A stretch of 64,000 nucleotides of DNA from Rhodanobacter denitrificans. Its GTDB lineage: Bacteria; Pseudomonadota; Gammaproteobacteria; Xanthomonadales; Rhodanobacteraceae. This document shows positions 27,837-39,032 of the stretch, in pieces. The position numbers were made by a program, and so were the translations under genes. Positions within the stretch are counted from its first letter, which is position 1. Each line of letters opens with the position of its first letter. The stretch covers positions 73,867-137,866 of the forward strand of contig JAFIHF010000013.1 of the NCBI GenBank assembly GCA_017848855.1, in the 5' to 3' direction. Below the pieces are notes generated by a model. The model ran no database searches. It saw only the letters and a list, made by a program, of their open reading frames with translations, and was not told the origin of the DNA.

Positions 27837-28300
27837 GCCCCCGCGAACGCCACTACTGGCTGATGAAGTCCGAACCCGACGCGTTTTCCATCGACGACCT
27901 CAAGCGCAAGAAGCAGGAAGCCTGGGACGGCGTGCGCAACTACCAGGCGCGCAACTACATGCGCGACGGCATGCGCGTGGGCGACCAGGTGTTCTTCTAC
28001 CACTCCAACTGCGCCGAACCCGGCATCGTCGGCATCGCCACCGTCGCCACCGACGCCTACCCCGACCCCAGCCAGTTCGACCCCAAGAGCAAATACTTCG
28101 ACCCCGGCAGCTCGCGCGACGCTCCGCGCTGGATGCTGGTCGACGTGAAGTTCGCGAAGAAGCTCAAGCGCACCATCACGCTCAAGGAACTGCAGGCCGA
28201 TCCCGCGCTGGACGGCATGGTGCTGTTGCGCAAGGGGAGCCGGCTGTCGGTGCAACCGGTGGAGGCTCAGCACTGGGAGCACATCCTCGGGTTGGAGTGA
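27833..28300 (+). CDS. EVE (PUA-like) domain protein
   Basis: The sequence HYWLMKSEPDAFSIDDL...WDGVRNYQARNYMRD...GDQVFFYHSN is typical of the EVE domain. There is an ATGA overlap with the 5-FCL gene. Confidence 0.85.
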   Translation: MSPRERHYWLMKSEPDAFSIDDLKRKKQEAWDGVRNYQARNYMRDGMRVGDQVFFYHSNCAEPGIVGIATVATDAYPDPSQFDPKSKYFDPGSSRDAPRWMLVDVKFAKKLKRTITLKELQADPALDGMVLLRKGSRLSVQPVEAQHWEHILGLE

Positions 28301-28368
28301 TGGCGGAGCGCGCACCATTTGCGCGTGGTGTTGCGCCTCTCTTGGCTTGCGAGGCCCGGCATTTTCTC

Positions 28369-29102
28369 CCTCTCCCCCAACAGCTTCATCGTTGGGGGAG
28401 AGGGCTGGGGTGAGGGGGGCTTTGCTTCTGTGCTCTCGCAAGTTTCAGAGCGGTTTCGTGCCGCAAGCGACAAAGCGGTTTCGTGCGCCTGCCGGCGCCC
28501 GAGTTACTTCTCCTTTGCTTGTCCAAAGGAGAAGTAACCAAGAGGAAACGACACCCCGCGGCGACGCTCTCCGGGCATCCTGCCCTCCGAGTCCGTGAGT
28601 CGGGGCCGGGCTTTTCGGCCGGGCTTCCTGCCCGGTCGAAAAGGCATCGCCATCCATGGCTTCGCCCGCTGCGCGGCCTTGTCGTCCCCGCCTCACCGTC
28701 GCCGAGGGGCCCCGGGAAAAGCAGCGCGCTCCTGCGCGCAGAAGCAACAGCCAGAGCAAAGCCAAGCAAGGCGAAGCGCTGCGAAGTTTTGTCCCTCAGT
28801 TTCCAGATACGTCGCGGCGTGGCCGCTGTAGGGCGACGTGTCGACGAACGTTGGTCCAATCCCCTCGACACAGCGGGCTTGTAGGGTCGGCGGATTGAAC
28901 CAGGCCATTTCTCTTGGTTACTTCTCTTTGGGCCAGCAAAGAGAAGTGACTCGGGCGCCGGCAGGCGTCCGAAACCGCTCTGTCGCTTGCGAAAGCATCC
29001 GAGCGAAAGCCCGCCGCAAGCGAGCCAAGTCGCAGAAACGCAGTGCTGTCGCGAGCACCCGCCCCTCACCCCAGCCCTCTCCCCAAAGGGGAGAGGGAGC
29101 TG
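28369..29102. repeat. Composite ~730-bp structure: ~180-bp imperfect terminal inverted repeats (each a family-A hairpin plus a TTACTTCTC..GAGAAGTAA hairpin unit) flanking a ~365-bp core
   Basis: The left arm 28369-28547 and the reverse complement of the right arm 28914-29102 align by eye over most of their length. No credible ORF is present. Confidence 0.85.
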
Positions 29103-29273
29103 CACACGGCGCACTCGACCCTTGGGCTCCACCACCAACCCCTGCTGCAACACCCGCCGCAATACGAAGTCTCGGTGACTTCCTCACCGCAGCCGCCGCG
29201 GCTGCCCAATCCTCGCGTGCGGCGCACGCGCAAATCGGGGATCATGGCGCCCTTTCCCGCTCACGGTGCCGTC

Positions 29274-29915
29274 ATGAACCAGGTCAACGAAAAGAAACTC
29301 GCCGGCGAAGCCGCGCTGCGCTACGTCGAGGACGGCGCCATCGTGGGCGTGGGCACCGGCAGCACGGTGGCGTATTTCATCGACGCACTGGCCGGCATCA
29401 AGGACCGCATCAAGGGTGCGGTGTCCAGCTCCGAGCAGTCCACCGCGCAGCTGAAGAAGCACGGCATCGAGGTGTTCGACCTGAACGCCACCGGCCCGCT
29501 CGACCTCTACGTCGACGGCGCCGACGAGTGCGATCCGTTCAAGCGGCTGATCAAGGGCGGCGGCGCGGCGCTGACGCGCGAGAAGATCGTGGCGGCGGCG
29601 GCGGCGAAGTTCGTCTGCATCATCGACTCCAGCAAGCGCGTGGACGTGCTGGGCAAGTTCCCGCTGCCGATCGAGGTGATCCCGATGGCGCGCAGCCTGG
29701 TCAGCCGCGAGATCGTGAAGCTGGGCGGCCAGCCGGTGTGGCGCGACGGCGTGGTCACCGACAACGGCAACTGGATCATCGACGTGCACGGCTGGCAGAT
29801 CACCGACCCGGTGGCGCTGGAGCGCGAACTGAACCAGCTCGCCGGCGTGGTCACCGTGGGCCTGTTCGCGCAGCGCCCAGCCGACGTGGTGCTGGTGGGC
29901 GACAAGGTGATGTGA
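29274..29915 (+). CDS. rpiA: Ribose-5-phosphate isomerase A
   Basis: It has the N-terminal [33 protein letters not shown] and the motifs DGADE and [14 protein letters not shown] at 29274, with an alternative at 29244. Confidence 0.93.
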   Translation: MNQVNEKKLAGEAALRYVEDGAIVGVGTGSTVAYFIDALAGIKDRIKGAVSSSEQSTAQLKKHGIEVFDLNATGPLDLYVDGADECDPFKRLIKGGGAALTREKIVAAAAAKFVCIIDSSKRVDVLGKFPLPIEVIPMARSLVSREIVKLGGQPVWRDGVVTDNGNWIIDVHGWQITDPVALERELNQLAGVVTVGLFAQRPADVVLVGDKVM

Positions 29916-29926
29916 GGCGATGCCGA

Positions 29927-30048
29927 CCCTTTCTCTACTCTCCCGCTGGCCGGGGGCGTGAGAGAAGGCTCGGATACCGTCGCGGCACGCCGCCCTGCCC
30001 GAACCCTCACCCGGCTGCCGCCACCCTCTCCCGGAGGGAGAGGGGTGC
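29927..30048. repeat. Two REP-like hairpins between the convergent genes rpiA and the NPP gene (the second is family A)
   Basis: CCTTTCTCTAC...GTGAGAGAAGG (29928-29968) is imperfect. CCCTCACCC...CCCTCTCCCGGAGGGAGAGGGG lies at 30004-30045. Confidence 0.65.
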
Positions 30049-30089
30049 GCTCGGCAACACGTGCGCAAACGTGACAGGCGACAGCGGCC

Positions 30090-31454
30090 TCATTCGCCCG
30101 GCGCGAGGATCGTCGTCAGCGGCTTGCCTTGCACATCACCGCCGAATTTGATGTGCAGCAGGTGCGCGATGGTCGGCGCGACATCCACATCGGGGAAGGC
30201 CGGGATCTCGCCCACGGGGCGGATGCCTGCGCCGGCGGCGATGAAGATCGCCTGCATCAGCGGGTTCGTGTTGGGGTAGCCGTGGGCGCCGATCTCCACG
30301 GTGGGGGTTTCGTAGCGCGGCGTGTCCTTGTCGGTGAATTGGTAGTCGTCGGCCGCGTAGAGCAGCAGGTCGGGCGCCTGGTCGGTCTGCGCCGGGGTCG
30401 GCCAGCCCAGCTTTGCGGCTTCGGCCGGGGTCAGCGCGGCGCGGATGCCGGGCTTGCCCGCGAACAGTTGCTGCAGCGCCTGCCGCGAGGCGTCGGTGGC
30501 GTTCTTCTGGAACACGAGGGCGAAGCCGCCTTCGGGGATCGCGAACGCGGGTTGCGTGGTGGCGGCACGCTGCAAGCCGGCCTCGCGCAGCGGCACGTTG
30601 GGATTCAGCCGGTGGTGCACGCTCTGCTGGCCGTGGTCGGAGACGATGATGAAGGTGGTGTTGGCCAGTTCGCCTTCGGCACGCACCGCGTCGACCACTT
30701 CCTTTACGCGGTCGTCGAGGAAGGCGATGGTGTTGCGCCCCGCATCGTTGCCGTAGCCGGTCGCGTGCTCGATGCTGTCCAGCGCCAGGAGGTGCAGCAG
30801 CAGCAGGTCGGGATGGTGGCGGTGGATGATGTCGACCGCGGCGCGGGTGTAGATGCGGTCGCGCCAGGCCTGCGAGGGAGCATCGAAATGCGCCAGCTCG
30901 TCGCGGGTGACCGCGCCCGCGCGCACCAGCTCCTGCTCGACCGCGCCATCCGGGTCGGGATGCTCGGGGAAGCGCCAGTCGATGCTCGGCGCGTGCATCA
31001 CGGCGACCCAGTCCACCTCGGCGGTGACGAGCCCGGCCGCATGCGCGGCGTCGTAGACGGTGGGCACGGCGACCAGCTGCGACTTCGGCGCCTGCATGTC
31101 GATGTGCGGCGGCGTGGCCTCGCGCTGGCCGACGATCAGGCCGTTGACCAGCACGTGGTGGCGGCTGGCGTCGTCGCCGGTGACCATGCTGGTGTGGTTG
31201 GGCCAGGTGATGCTGGGGTTGATCGGCCGCATCGACACCGCGTGCGCACCCTGCTTCATCAACGCGTGCAGCGTGGGTGCGGGCAGCTCGGGGTCCTTCA
31301 GGCTCTCGGCGCCGAACGCGTCGAGGCTGATCACGATCACCTTCGGCCGCGGCGCGGCAGTGGCCGCCTGCGCGCCGGGTGCCAGCGCGACGAGGCCGGC
31401 CAGGAAACCCGCCGCGGCCAGCCAGTGCCGCCACCGGATGCTGCTTGTGCCCAT
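30090..31454 (-). CDS. Secreted nucleotide pyrophosphatase/phosphodiesterase (alkaline phosphatase superfamily, NPP)
   Basis: It has a signal peptide, the motifs VISLDAFG and ITWPNHTSMVTG (catalytic Thr context) and VSDHG. ATG at 31454. Confidence 0.8.
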   Translation of the reverse strand: MGTSSIRWRHWLAAAGFLAGLVALAPGAQAATAAPRPKVIVISLDAFGAESLKDPELPAPTLHALMKQGAHAVSMRPINPSITWPNHTSMVTGDDASRHHVLVNGLIVGQREATPPHIDMQAPKSQLVAVPTVYDAAHAAGLVTAEVDWVAVMHAPSIDWRFPEHPDPDGAVEQELVRAGAVTRDELAHFDAPSQAWRDRIYTRAAVDIIHRHHPDLLLLHLLALDSIEHATGYGNDAGRNTIAFLDDRVKEVVDAVRAEGELANTTFIIVSDHGQQSVHHRLNPNVPLREAGLQRAATTQPAFAIPEGGFALVFQKNATDASRQALQQLFAGKPGIRAALTPAEAAKLGWPTPAQTDQAPDLLLYAADDYQFTDKDTPRYETPTVEIGAHGYPNTNPLMQAIFIAAGAGIRPVGEIPAFPDVDVAPTIAHLLHIKFGGDVQGKPLTTILAPGE

Positions 31455-31509
31455 CGTGCGATCCTCTCTCGGGAAAGGTTTGCTGGCGCGGTCGCGCCGT
31501 ATCCGTGCC

Positions 31510-33120
31510 TCATTGGCCGCCACCGCCCGCCGCGCCCGGGGTGACGGCGCGCAGCGCGTGTTCGAGCAGCTGACGCACCCGCTGCTCCCAGGTTTCCGTG
31601 GCGAGGCCCGGATTCCAGCTGAAGGTCGCCACGCTCTCGGGCGGCATCGTGTACTGGAAATGCAGCCGGTCCTGCTCGACGCTGATGTCGCGCGCCGCCT
31701 TCGCGCCGTTGGTCACCACCAGCACCAGCGAGCCGTCCTCGGCGTTGCGGAACGCCACGTTGTGGACGTCCGGGCCGGTGTCGGTGGACCACACCCGCAC
31801 CGCGCCGGGCAGCACGAAGCGGCTGTAGTGGGCGAACGCGTAGTACTCGTCGTTGCGGCTCACCGCGCCGCTGCGCGAGTCGATCGTGACCAGCCCCTTG
31901 CAGTTGTCGCAGCCGCCGTGGTGCGGGCCGTGGTTCTCGTCCAGCGCGAGGTTCCAGTAGACGACGCCGCGCGCCCAGTTGCGCAGGCTGCCCAGCAGCA
32001 GGTCGCGCGCGAACCACAGCAGCTCGCCGTGCTTGGCGGATTCCCAGTCGCCGCCCGAGCACTCGGTCATGTAGGCGTCCTTGCGCGGCCAGGCGCGATG
32101 CACGCGGCTCTGCGCGGCCGGGTTGCCCACGTAGCAGTGCCAGGCGATGCCGTCGAGGTAGCGCCGGGCGTCGGGATCGGCCAGCACGCCCAGCGGTTCC
32201 CCCGGATTGTCCCAGTTGTGGTCCCAGCCGAAGAGCAGCGGCCGCGTGCGGCGGTTCGCCAGCGCCGGGCCGAGGTATTGCCCGATGATCCGCGCGCGCG
32301 CGTCGGCGGACAGCGCCATGCCCGGGTAGCTCAACGGCAGGAAGGTCGGCTCGTTCTGCACGGTCAGCGCCCAGATCGGGATGCCCTGGCCCTGCATGGC
32401 GTCGACGTACTTGACCAGGTACTGCGCGTAGGTGGGCTCGTACTGCGTCAGCAGCGTGCCACCGATCAGGCTGCCGCTGCTCTTCATCCACGCCGGCGCG
32501 CTCCACGGCGTGGCGATCAGGCGCAGCCCGGGGTCGATCGCCAGCGCCTCGCGCAGGGTCGGGATCACGTACTCGAGGTCGGTCGCGAGATTGAAGTGCG
32601 CCAGGTCGGGGTCGGTCTGGCCGGCGGGCAGGTCGTCCAGCGTGTACGGCTTGAGCGAGAAATCCGAGGCGCCGATGGTCAGCCGCAGCAGGCTCAGGTT
32701 GAGGCCCGGCGGCGGGCCGAACATCTCGCGCAGGAACGCCATGCGCTGCCAGATGCCGAGCCGGTTGCGGATCAGCCACGCCGAGGAATCGGTCAGCGCC
32801 GCACCGAAGCCCACGATGCTCTGGAAGCTGCGGCTGGTGTCGATCACGATCTCGGCCGCCCCGGTGGCCGGCGACACGCTGATCGGAATGTCCGGCTGCC
32901 GTGCCAGGCGCAGCCGGCGATCCTGCGTGCTCAGCCACAGCTCGGCCGCCGGCCCGGTGGGCAGCGCCAGCGGCAGCTGCAGCATCGGCGCGGGCGGCAG
33001 GCGCAGGGGCACGCGCAGCGCGGCCAGTGCACACACGCTGAGCAGGACCATCAGCGCCACCGCGATCCGGCCGGACGTGCCCAGCTCCTTGCCTTCCCCC
33101 CTGCCCTGCCCTTGCTTCAT
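31510..33120 (-). CDS. Glycoside hydrolase family 30 (glucosylceramidase / beta-1,6-glucanase-like)
   Basis: It has GH30 motifs: GFGAALTDSSAW, ATPWSAPAWMK, TVQNEP (acid/base) and MTECS (nucleophile context). Confidence 0.8.
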   Translation of the reverse strand: MKQGQGRGEGKELGTSGRIAVALMVLLSVCALAALRVPLRLPPAPMLQLPLALPTGPAAELWLSTQDRRLRLARQPDIPISVSPATGAAEIVIDTSRSFQSIVGFGAALTDSSAWLIRNRLGIWQRMAFLREMFGPPPGLNLSLLRLTIGASDFSLKPYTLDDLPAGQTDPDLAHFNLATDLEYVIPTLREALAIDPGLRLIATPWSAPAWMKSSGSLIGGTLLTQYEPTYAQYLVKYVDAMQGQGIPIWALTVQNEPTFLPLSYPGMALSADARARIIGQYLGPALANRRTRPLLFGWDHNWDNPGEPLGVLADPDARRYLDGIAWHCYVGNPAAQSRVHRAWPRKDAYMTECSGGDWESAKHGELLWFARDLLLGSLRNWARGVVYWNLALDENHGPHHGGCDNCKGLVTIDSRSGAVSRNDEYYAFAHYSRFVLPGAVRVWSTDTGPDVHNVAFRNAEDGSLVLVVTNGAKAARDISVEQDRLHFQYTMPPESVATFSWNPGLATETWEQRVRQLLEHALRAVTPGAAGGGGQ

Positions 33121-33163
33121 GCGCGGCGCTCACCGCGATGGGATGCCGGCCAGCGGATCGCGA

Positions 33164-35731
<2,568 letters not shown>

Positions 35732-35813
35732 GGGGAACCTCTTTGCGCCAGGTACTCGCCTTGCATGATGGAACGCCGGGCGGCGGCGAGTGGCCGCCCG
35801 GCGCCTTGCCCGT

Positions 35814-38750
35814 TTACAGCTTGTAGCTCGCGCCGAACAGGATCGTGCGGCCCCAGGTGTCGTACTCCAGCGGCCGGGTCATCGGCACGTTGTTGGGCAG
35901 CGTGGCGTACTGCACCGTGGCATCGGGCGAATTGCCCAGGTTGTTGACCTGCAGCAGCAGCGACAGCCCCTTCAGTTCGCCGCTGTCGAAGTCGTAGCCC
36001 AGTTGCAGGTCGGTCTGCCGGTTCGCCTGGATCTTGGTGTAACCGAGCTGGTCGAACAGGGCCACCGCCTCGCCGGTGAACGAGGAGCGGTAACGCTGGG
36101 CGATGCGCACCGAGAAGCCGTTGCGCTCGTAGTACAGCGTGATGTTGCCCACCTTGTGCGACAGGCCCGGCAGCGTCTTCGGGCCGCCGGGGATGGACGA
36201 AACCGAGCTGGTGGGGATGTAGCTGTTGGTCAGCGAGTAGTTCGCCTGCACGCCGAAGCCTTCCAGCGCGGAGGCGAGCAGGCCGCCCTCCAGCGAGCCG
36301 GCCAGCTCCAGGCCCTCCATCGAGCCGCCGGTGCCGTTCTGCGGCGTGGTGAACGACCCCTTGTTGCTGGTCGGCACCAGGGTCGGCGTGTTGTTGATGT
36401 AGCCGGTGAAGTCGTAGTCGAGGACGGTCTTGTTGTAGATGTAGTTCAGCAGGTTCTTGTGGAACACGGCCACCGACACATAGCTGGCCTTGCCGAAGTA
36501 CTTCTCCCACGACAAGTCGGCGCCCACCGCGACGTAGGGCTTCAGCTTCGGGTTGCCGCCGCTGCCCGACCACACCACCTGCCCGGCCTGCGGGCCGTCG
36601 GTGAGCTTGGACACCCAGGCAGAGGACGACACCTTCTCGTCGTCGATACGGCCGCGGGTCATGGTCTTGGCGAGGCCGAAGCGCAGGTACTGGCCCTCGC
36701 TGAGCTTGGCGACCAGATTCAGGCTGGGCAGCACGTTGTTGTACGTGGTGCCACCGTGGATCGAGCCGACCAGGCTGCCGTCGCTGCCGGTCTGCAGCGC
36801 GTTGGACGACTGGTCGGTATGCACGAACTGCACGCCGACGTTGCCGCGCAGCGGGATGTCCGCCACGTCCGTCTCGATGTTGAACTTGGCGTAGGCCAGC
36901 GGCACCTTCTCCTCGATCGTGTAGTTGCGGCTCCAGTCGCCCGCGCCGTTCTCCGGCGTGAGGTAGAACTGCGAATACATCGCGCCCAGCACGTTGTAGT
37001 TGAGGATGCCGGGGATGCCGCCGTAGCCCAGCGAGGTCGGCCCGTAGAGGAACATCGGGTTGACCGGCGCGCTGAAGTGGTTCTGGTAGGTGTCCTGGGT
37101 GCTGCCGTTGCCGTTCAGCCACGCGAAGTTCACGTCGGCATGCTTGGTCTTGGTGCGGTCCGAGTAGTCGATGCCGAAATCCACGCTGCTGAAGATCCAG
37201 CCCAGCGGATGGCTCACCTGCAGGCGCAGCGCCTTGATCCTGTCGTTCTGGCGGTCGAACTCCTCGCGGCCGTTGTAGCCGTAGCCGTCCGGGTCGGTGA
37301 AGACCATGTTCGCCGGGCTGGCCAGGTCCACGCCCGGCGTGAAGTGCGGGTAGCCCAGGCCCGCCGGCGTGTTGAAGCCCACGCTGGTGAACGCGCCGTT
37401 GGCAAGGCCGCTGAACAGGTAGGCGTCGTGCAGCTTCACTCGCGCCGAGGAGGTGGACAGGTCGAGCGAAGTGGTCCAGTCGCCGAGGTAGAGCTTGTTG
37501 TTCCAGCCCAGCGAATACAGCTTGTCGTGCTCCTTGGTGTATTCGTTCTGCAGGATCGGCGCGATGCCGTCGATGCTGCCCGAGGTCACGATCGGCAGCG
37601 GCACGCCGGGCGAGGTGCCCACGTTGCTGTAGGAAATGTTGTCCCAGGGACTGCTCGACCACTGCGCGCCGTTGGTGAACTTGCGCTTGCTGAAGGTGGA
37701 GTAGTACGCGTCCAGCTTGGAGTAGTAGACCTCGTTCGGCGCCCACTCCAGCACCGTCATCAGGCCATTGCGCTTCTCGTTCTGCGACTGCGCGCGCAGC
37801 TGCATGCCTTCCTGCGAGATCACGTTGTCCGGCATGCCCGGCGTGTGCGGCCCGCCCCAGTTCTGGTCGATGCCCGCGCTGCCGTTGTCGGCGCTCCACC
37901 ACCAGGCCTGGTACTGCTTCTCCTGCACCGGCTGGGCCAGCTGCGCGAAGCCGATGGCGACGCCGAGCGTGTGGTCGAGGAACTGGTCGATGTAGGAGAA
38001 GCTCGCGCGGTGGCCGCTGGTGCCGGTGCCGGTACCGGGATTGAGGTTGCCGTTGGTGTTGTGCTCGCCGCGCAGGTTGAACACCATCGTGCGCTTGGAG
38101 ATGTCCAGCGGGTTGATCGTCTGCAAGTCCACCGTGCCGGCCAGGCCTTGCCCGATCACCGTGGCGTCCGGCGTCTTGTACACCGTGGCGCCGTTGATCA
38201 GCTCGGACGGGTACTGGTCGTACTCCACGCCGCGGTTCTCGCCGATCGTCGCCTGCTCGCGCCCGTTCAGCGTGGTTCCGGCGAAATCCGGCGCCAGACC
38301 GCGGATCGAGATCGCACTGGCCTGGCCGTTGACGCGCTGCGTGGCCAGGCCCGGCAGGCGCGCGAGGCTGTCGGCGATGCTCACGTCCGGCAGCTTGCCG
38401 ATGTCCTCGGCGGAGATGGCCTCGACGATGTCGTCGGAGTTCATCTTCGTGTTCAGCGAACTCTGGATGCTGTTGCTGATGCCGTTCACCACCACCGCGC
38501 CGAGCTGGCTTACCGGCGCCTGGGGTTTCTTGCCGGCCTTCGCTGCCTGCTCATCCGTGGCCTGCCCATGCTTCGACTGGTTCCGACCCGATGCCTGCTG
38601 GTTCGATGCCTGCTGGCCCGATGCCTCCTGGGCCAGGGCCGCGTGACCCGGCGCAACGAACATCCATGCGGCGGCACACGCCACGACCAGCAGGCGTCGA
38701 TCCCCTGCGACGACACCGCTCCCCGATACCAACCTCTGACGACGACTCAT
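35814..38750 (-). CDS. TonB-dependent receptor (carbohydrate-type TBDR)
   Basis: The 978-aa product has a signal peptide, plug motifs (IVEAISAEDIGKLPDVSIADSLARLPG, ISIRGL) and a long beta-barrel. It heads the GH3-GH30 cluster. Confidence 0.9.
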   Translation of the reverse strand: MSRRQRLVSGSGVVAGDRRLLVVACAAAWMFVAPGHAALAQEASGQQASNQQASGRNQSKHGQATDEQAAKAGKKPQAPVSQLGAVVVNGISNSIQSSLNTKMNSDDIVEAISAEDIGKLPDVSIADSLARLPGLATQRVNGQASAISIRGLAPDFAGTTLNGREQATIGENRGVEYDQYPSELINGATVYKTPDATVIGQGLAGTVDLQTINPLDISKRTMVFNLRGEHNTNGNLNPGTGTGTSGHRASFSYIDQFLDHTLGVAIGFAQLAQPVQEKQYQAWWWSADNGSAGIDQNWGGPHTPGMPDNVISQEGMQLRAQSQNEKRNGLMTVLEWAPNEVYYSKLDAYYSTFSKRKFTNGAQWSSSPWDNISYSNVGTSPGVPLPIVTSGSIDGIAPILQNEYTKEHDKLYSLGWNNKLYLGDWTTSLDLSTSSARVKLHDAYLFSGLANGAFTSVGFNTPAGLGYPHFTPGVDLASPANMVFTDPDGYGYNGREEFDRQNDRIKALRLQVSHPLGWIFSSVDFGIDYSDRTKTKHADVNFAWLNGNGSTQDTYQNHFSAPVNPMFLYGPTSLGYGGIPGILNYNVLGAMYSQFYLTPENGAGDWSRNYTIEEKVPLAYAKFNIETDVADIPLRGNVGVQFVHTDQSSNALQTGSDGSLVGSIHGGTTYNNVLPSLNLVAKLSEGQYLRFGLAKTMTRGRIDDEKVSSSAWVSKLTDGPQAGQVVWSGSGGNPKLKPYVAVGADLSWEKYFGKASYVSVAVFHKNLLNYIYNKTVLDYDFTGYINNTPTLVPTSNKGSFTTPQNGTGGSMEGLELAGSLEGGLLASALEGFGVQANYSLTNSYIPTSSVSSIPGGPKTLPGLSHKVGNITLYYERNGFSVRIAQRYRSSFTGEAVALFDQLGYTKIQANRQTDLQLGYDFDSGELKGLSLLLQVNNLGNSPDATVQYATLPNNVPMTRPLEYDTWGRTILFGASYKL

Positions 38751-38841
38751 CCGAATGCCTCCCTATGTGGCTTTTTATGGATTTCCCCTGCCCTGCCATG
38801 CACCGTGCCCGACGTCGCGTGAAGAGAAAGCAGCCCATGCC

Positions 38842-38853
38842 TGCAAGCTTGCA
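38842..38853. promoter_or_regulatory. Perfect 12-bp palindrome TGCAAGCTTGCA about 90 nt upstream of the TBDR start (candidate operator)
   Basis: Seen directly. It resembles LacI-type half-sites (TGCAA/TTGCA) but lacks the central CG pair. Confidence 0.25.
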
Positions 38854-39032
38854 ATCCCCGTGGCGCCGAGCGCGAGCATCCCCGATTTTCCCCCGCGCAC
38901 GCAAACGCCGCGCACTTCATTCATGCGGTGGAATTCGCGTTCGCAGCATGCGCTTCCCGTGTCGTGAATCCATTCGTGCAGCGTGTCGCGCGCGGCCCGC
39001 GGTGCGGGCCGTCGGTCGTCGTGCCGCGCCGG

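Noticed and set aside
28386-29187. Several overlapping 70-260 aa ORFs in the EVE-rpiA gap (for example 28386..29162(-), 28445..28765(-) and 28838..30151(+)).
   Set aside because: They overlap each other in all frames and traverse the inverted-repeat arms. Their products are Arg/Pro/Gly/Ser-rich. I interpret the region as repeat DNA. A tRNA-like GGATTGAACC string at about 28893 has no acceptor or anticodon arms.
35790-38822. A 1010-aa plus-strand ORF antisense to the TBDR, plus 38928..40955(+) antisense to the ClC gene and 58491..60494(+) antisense to the GH63-like gene.
   Set aside because: The opposite strands carry recognisable family motifs. These ORFs are low-complexity.
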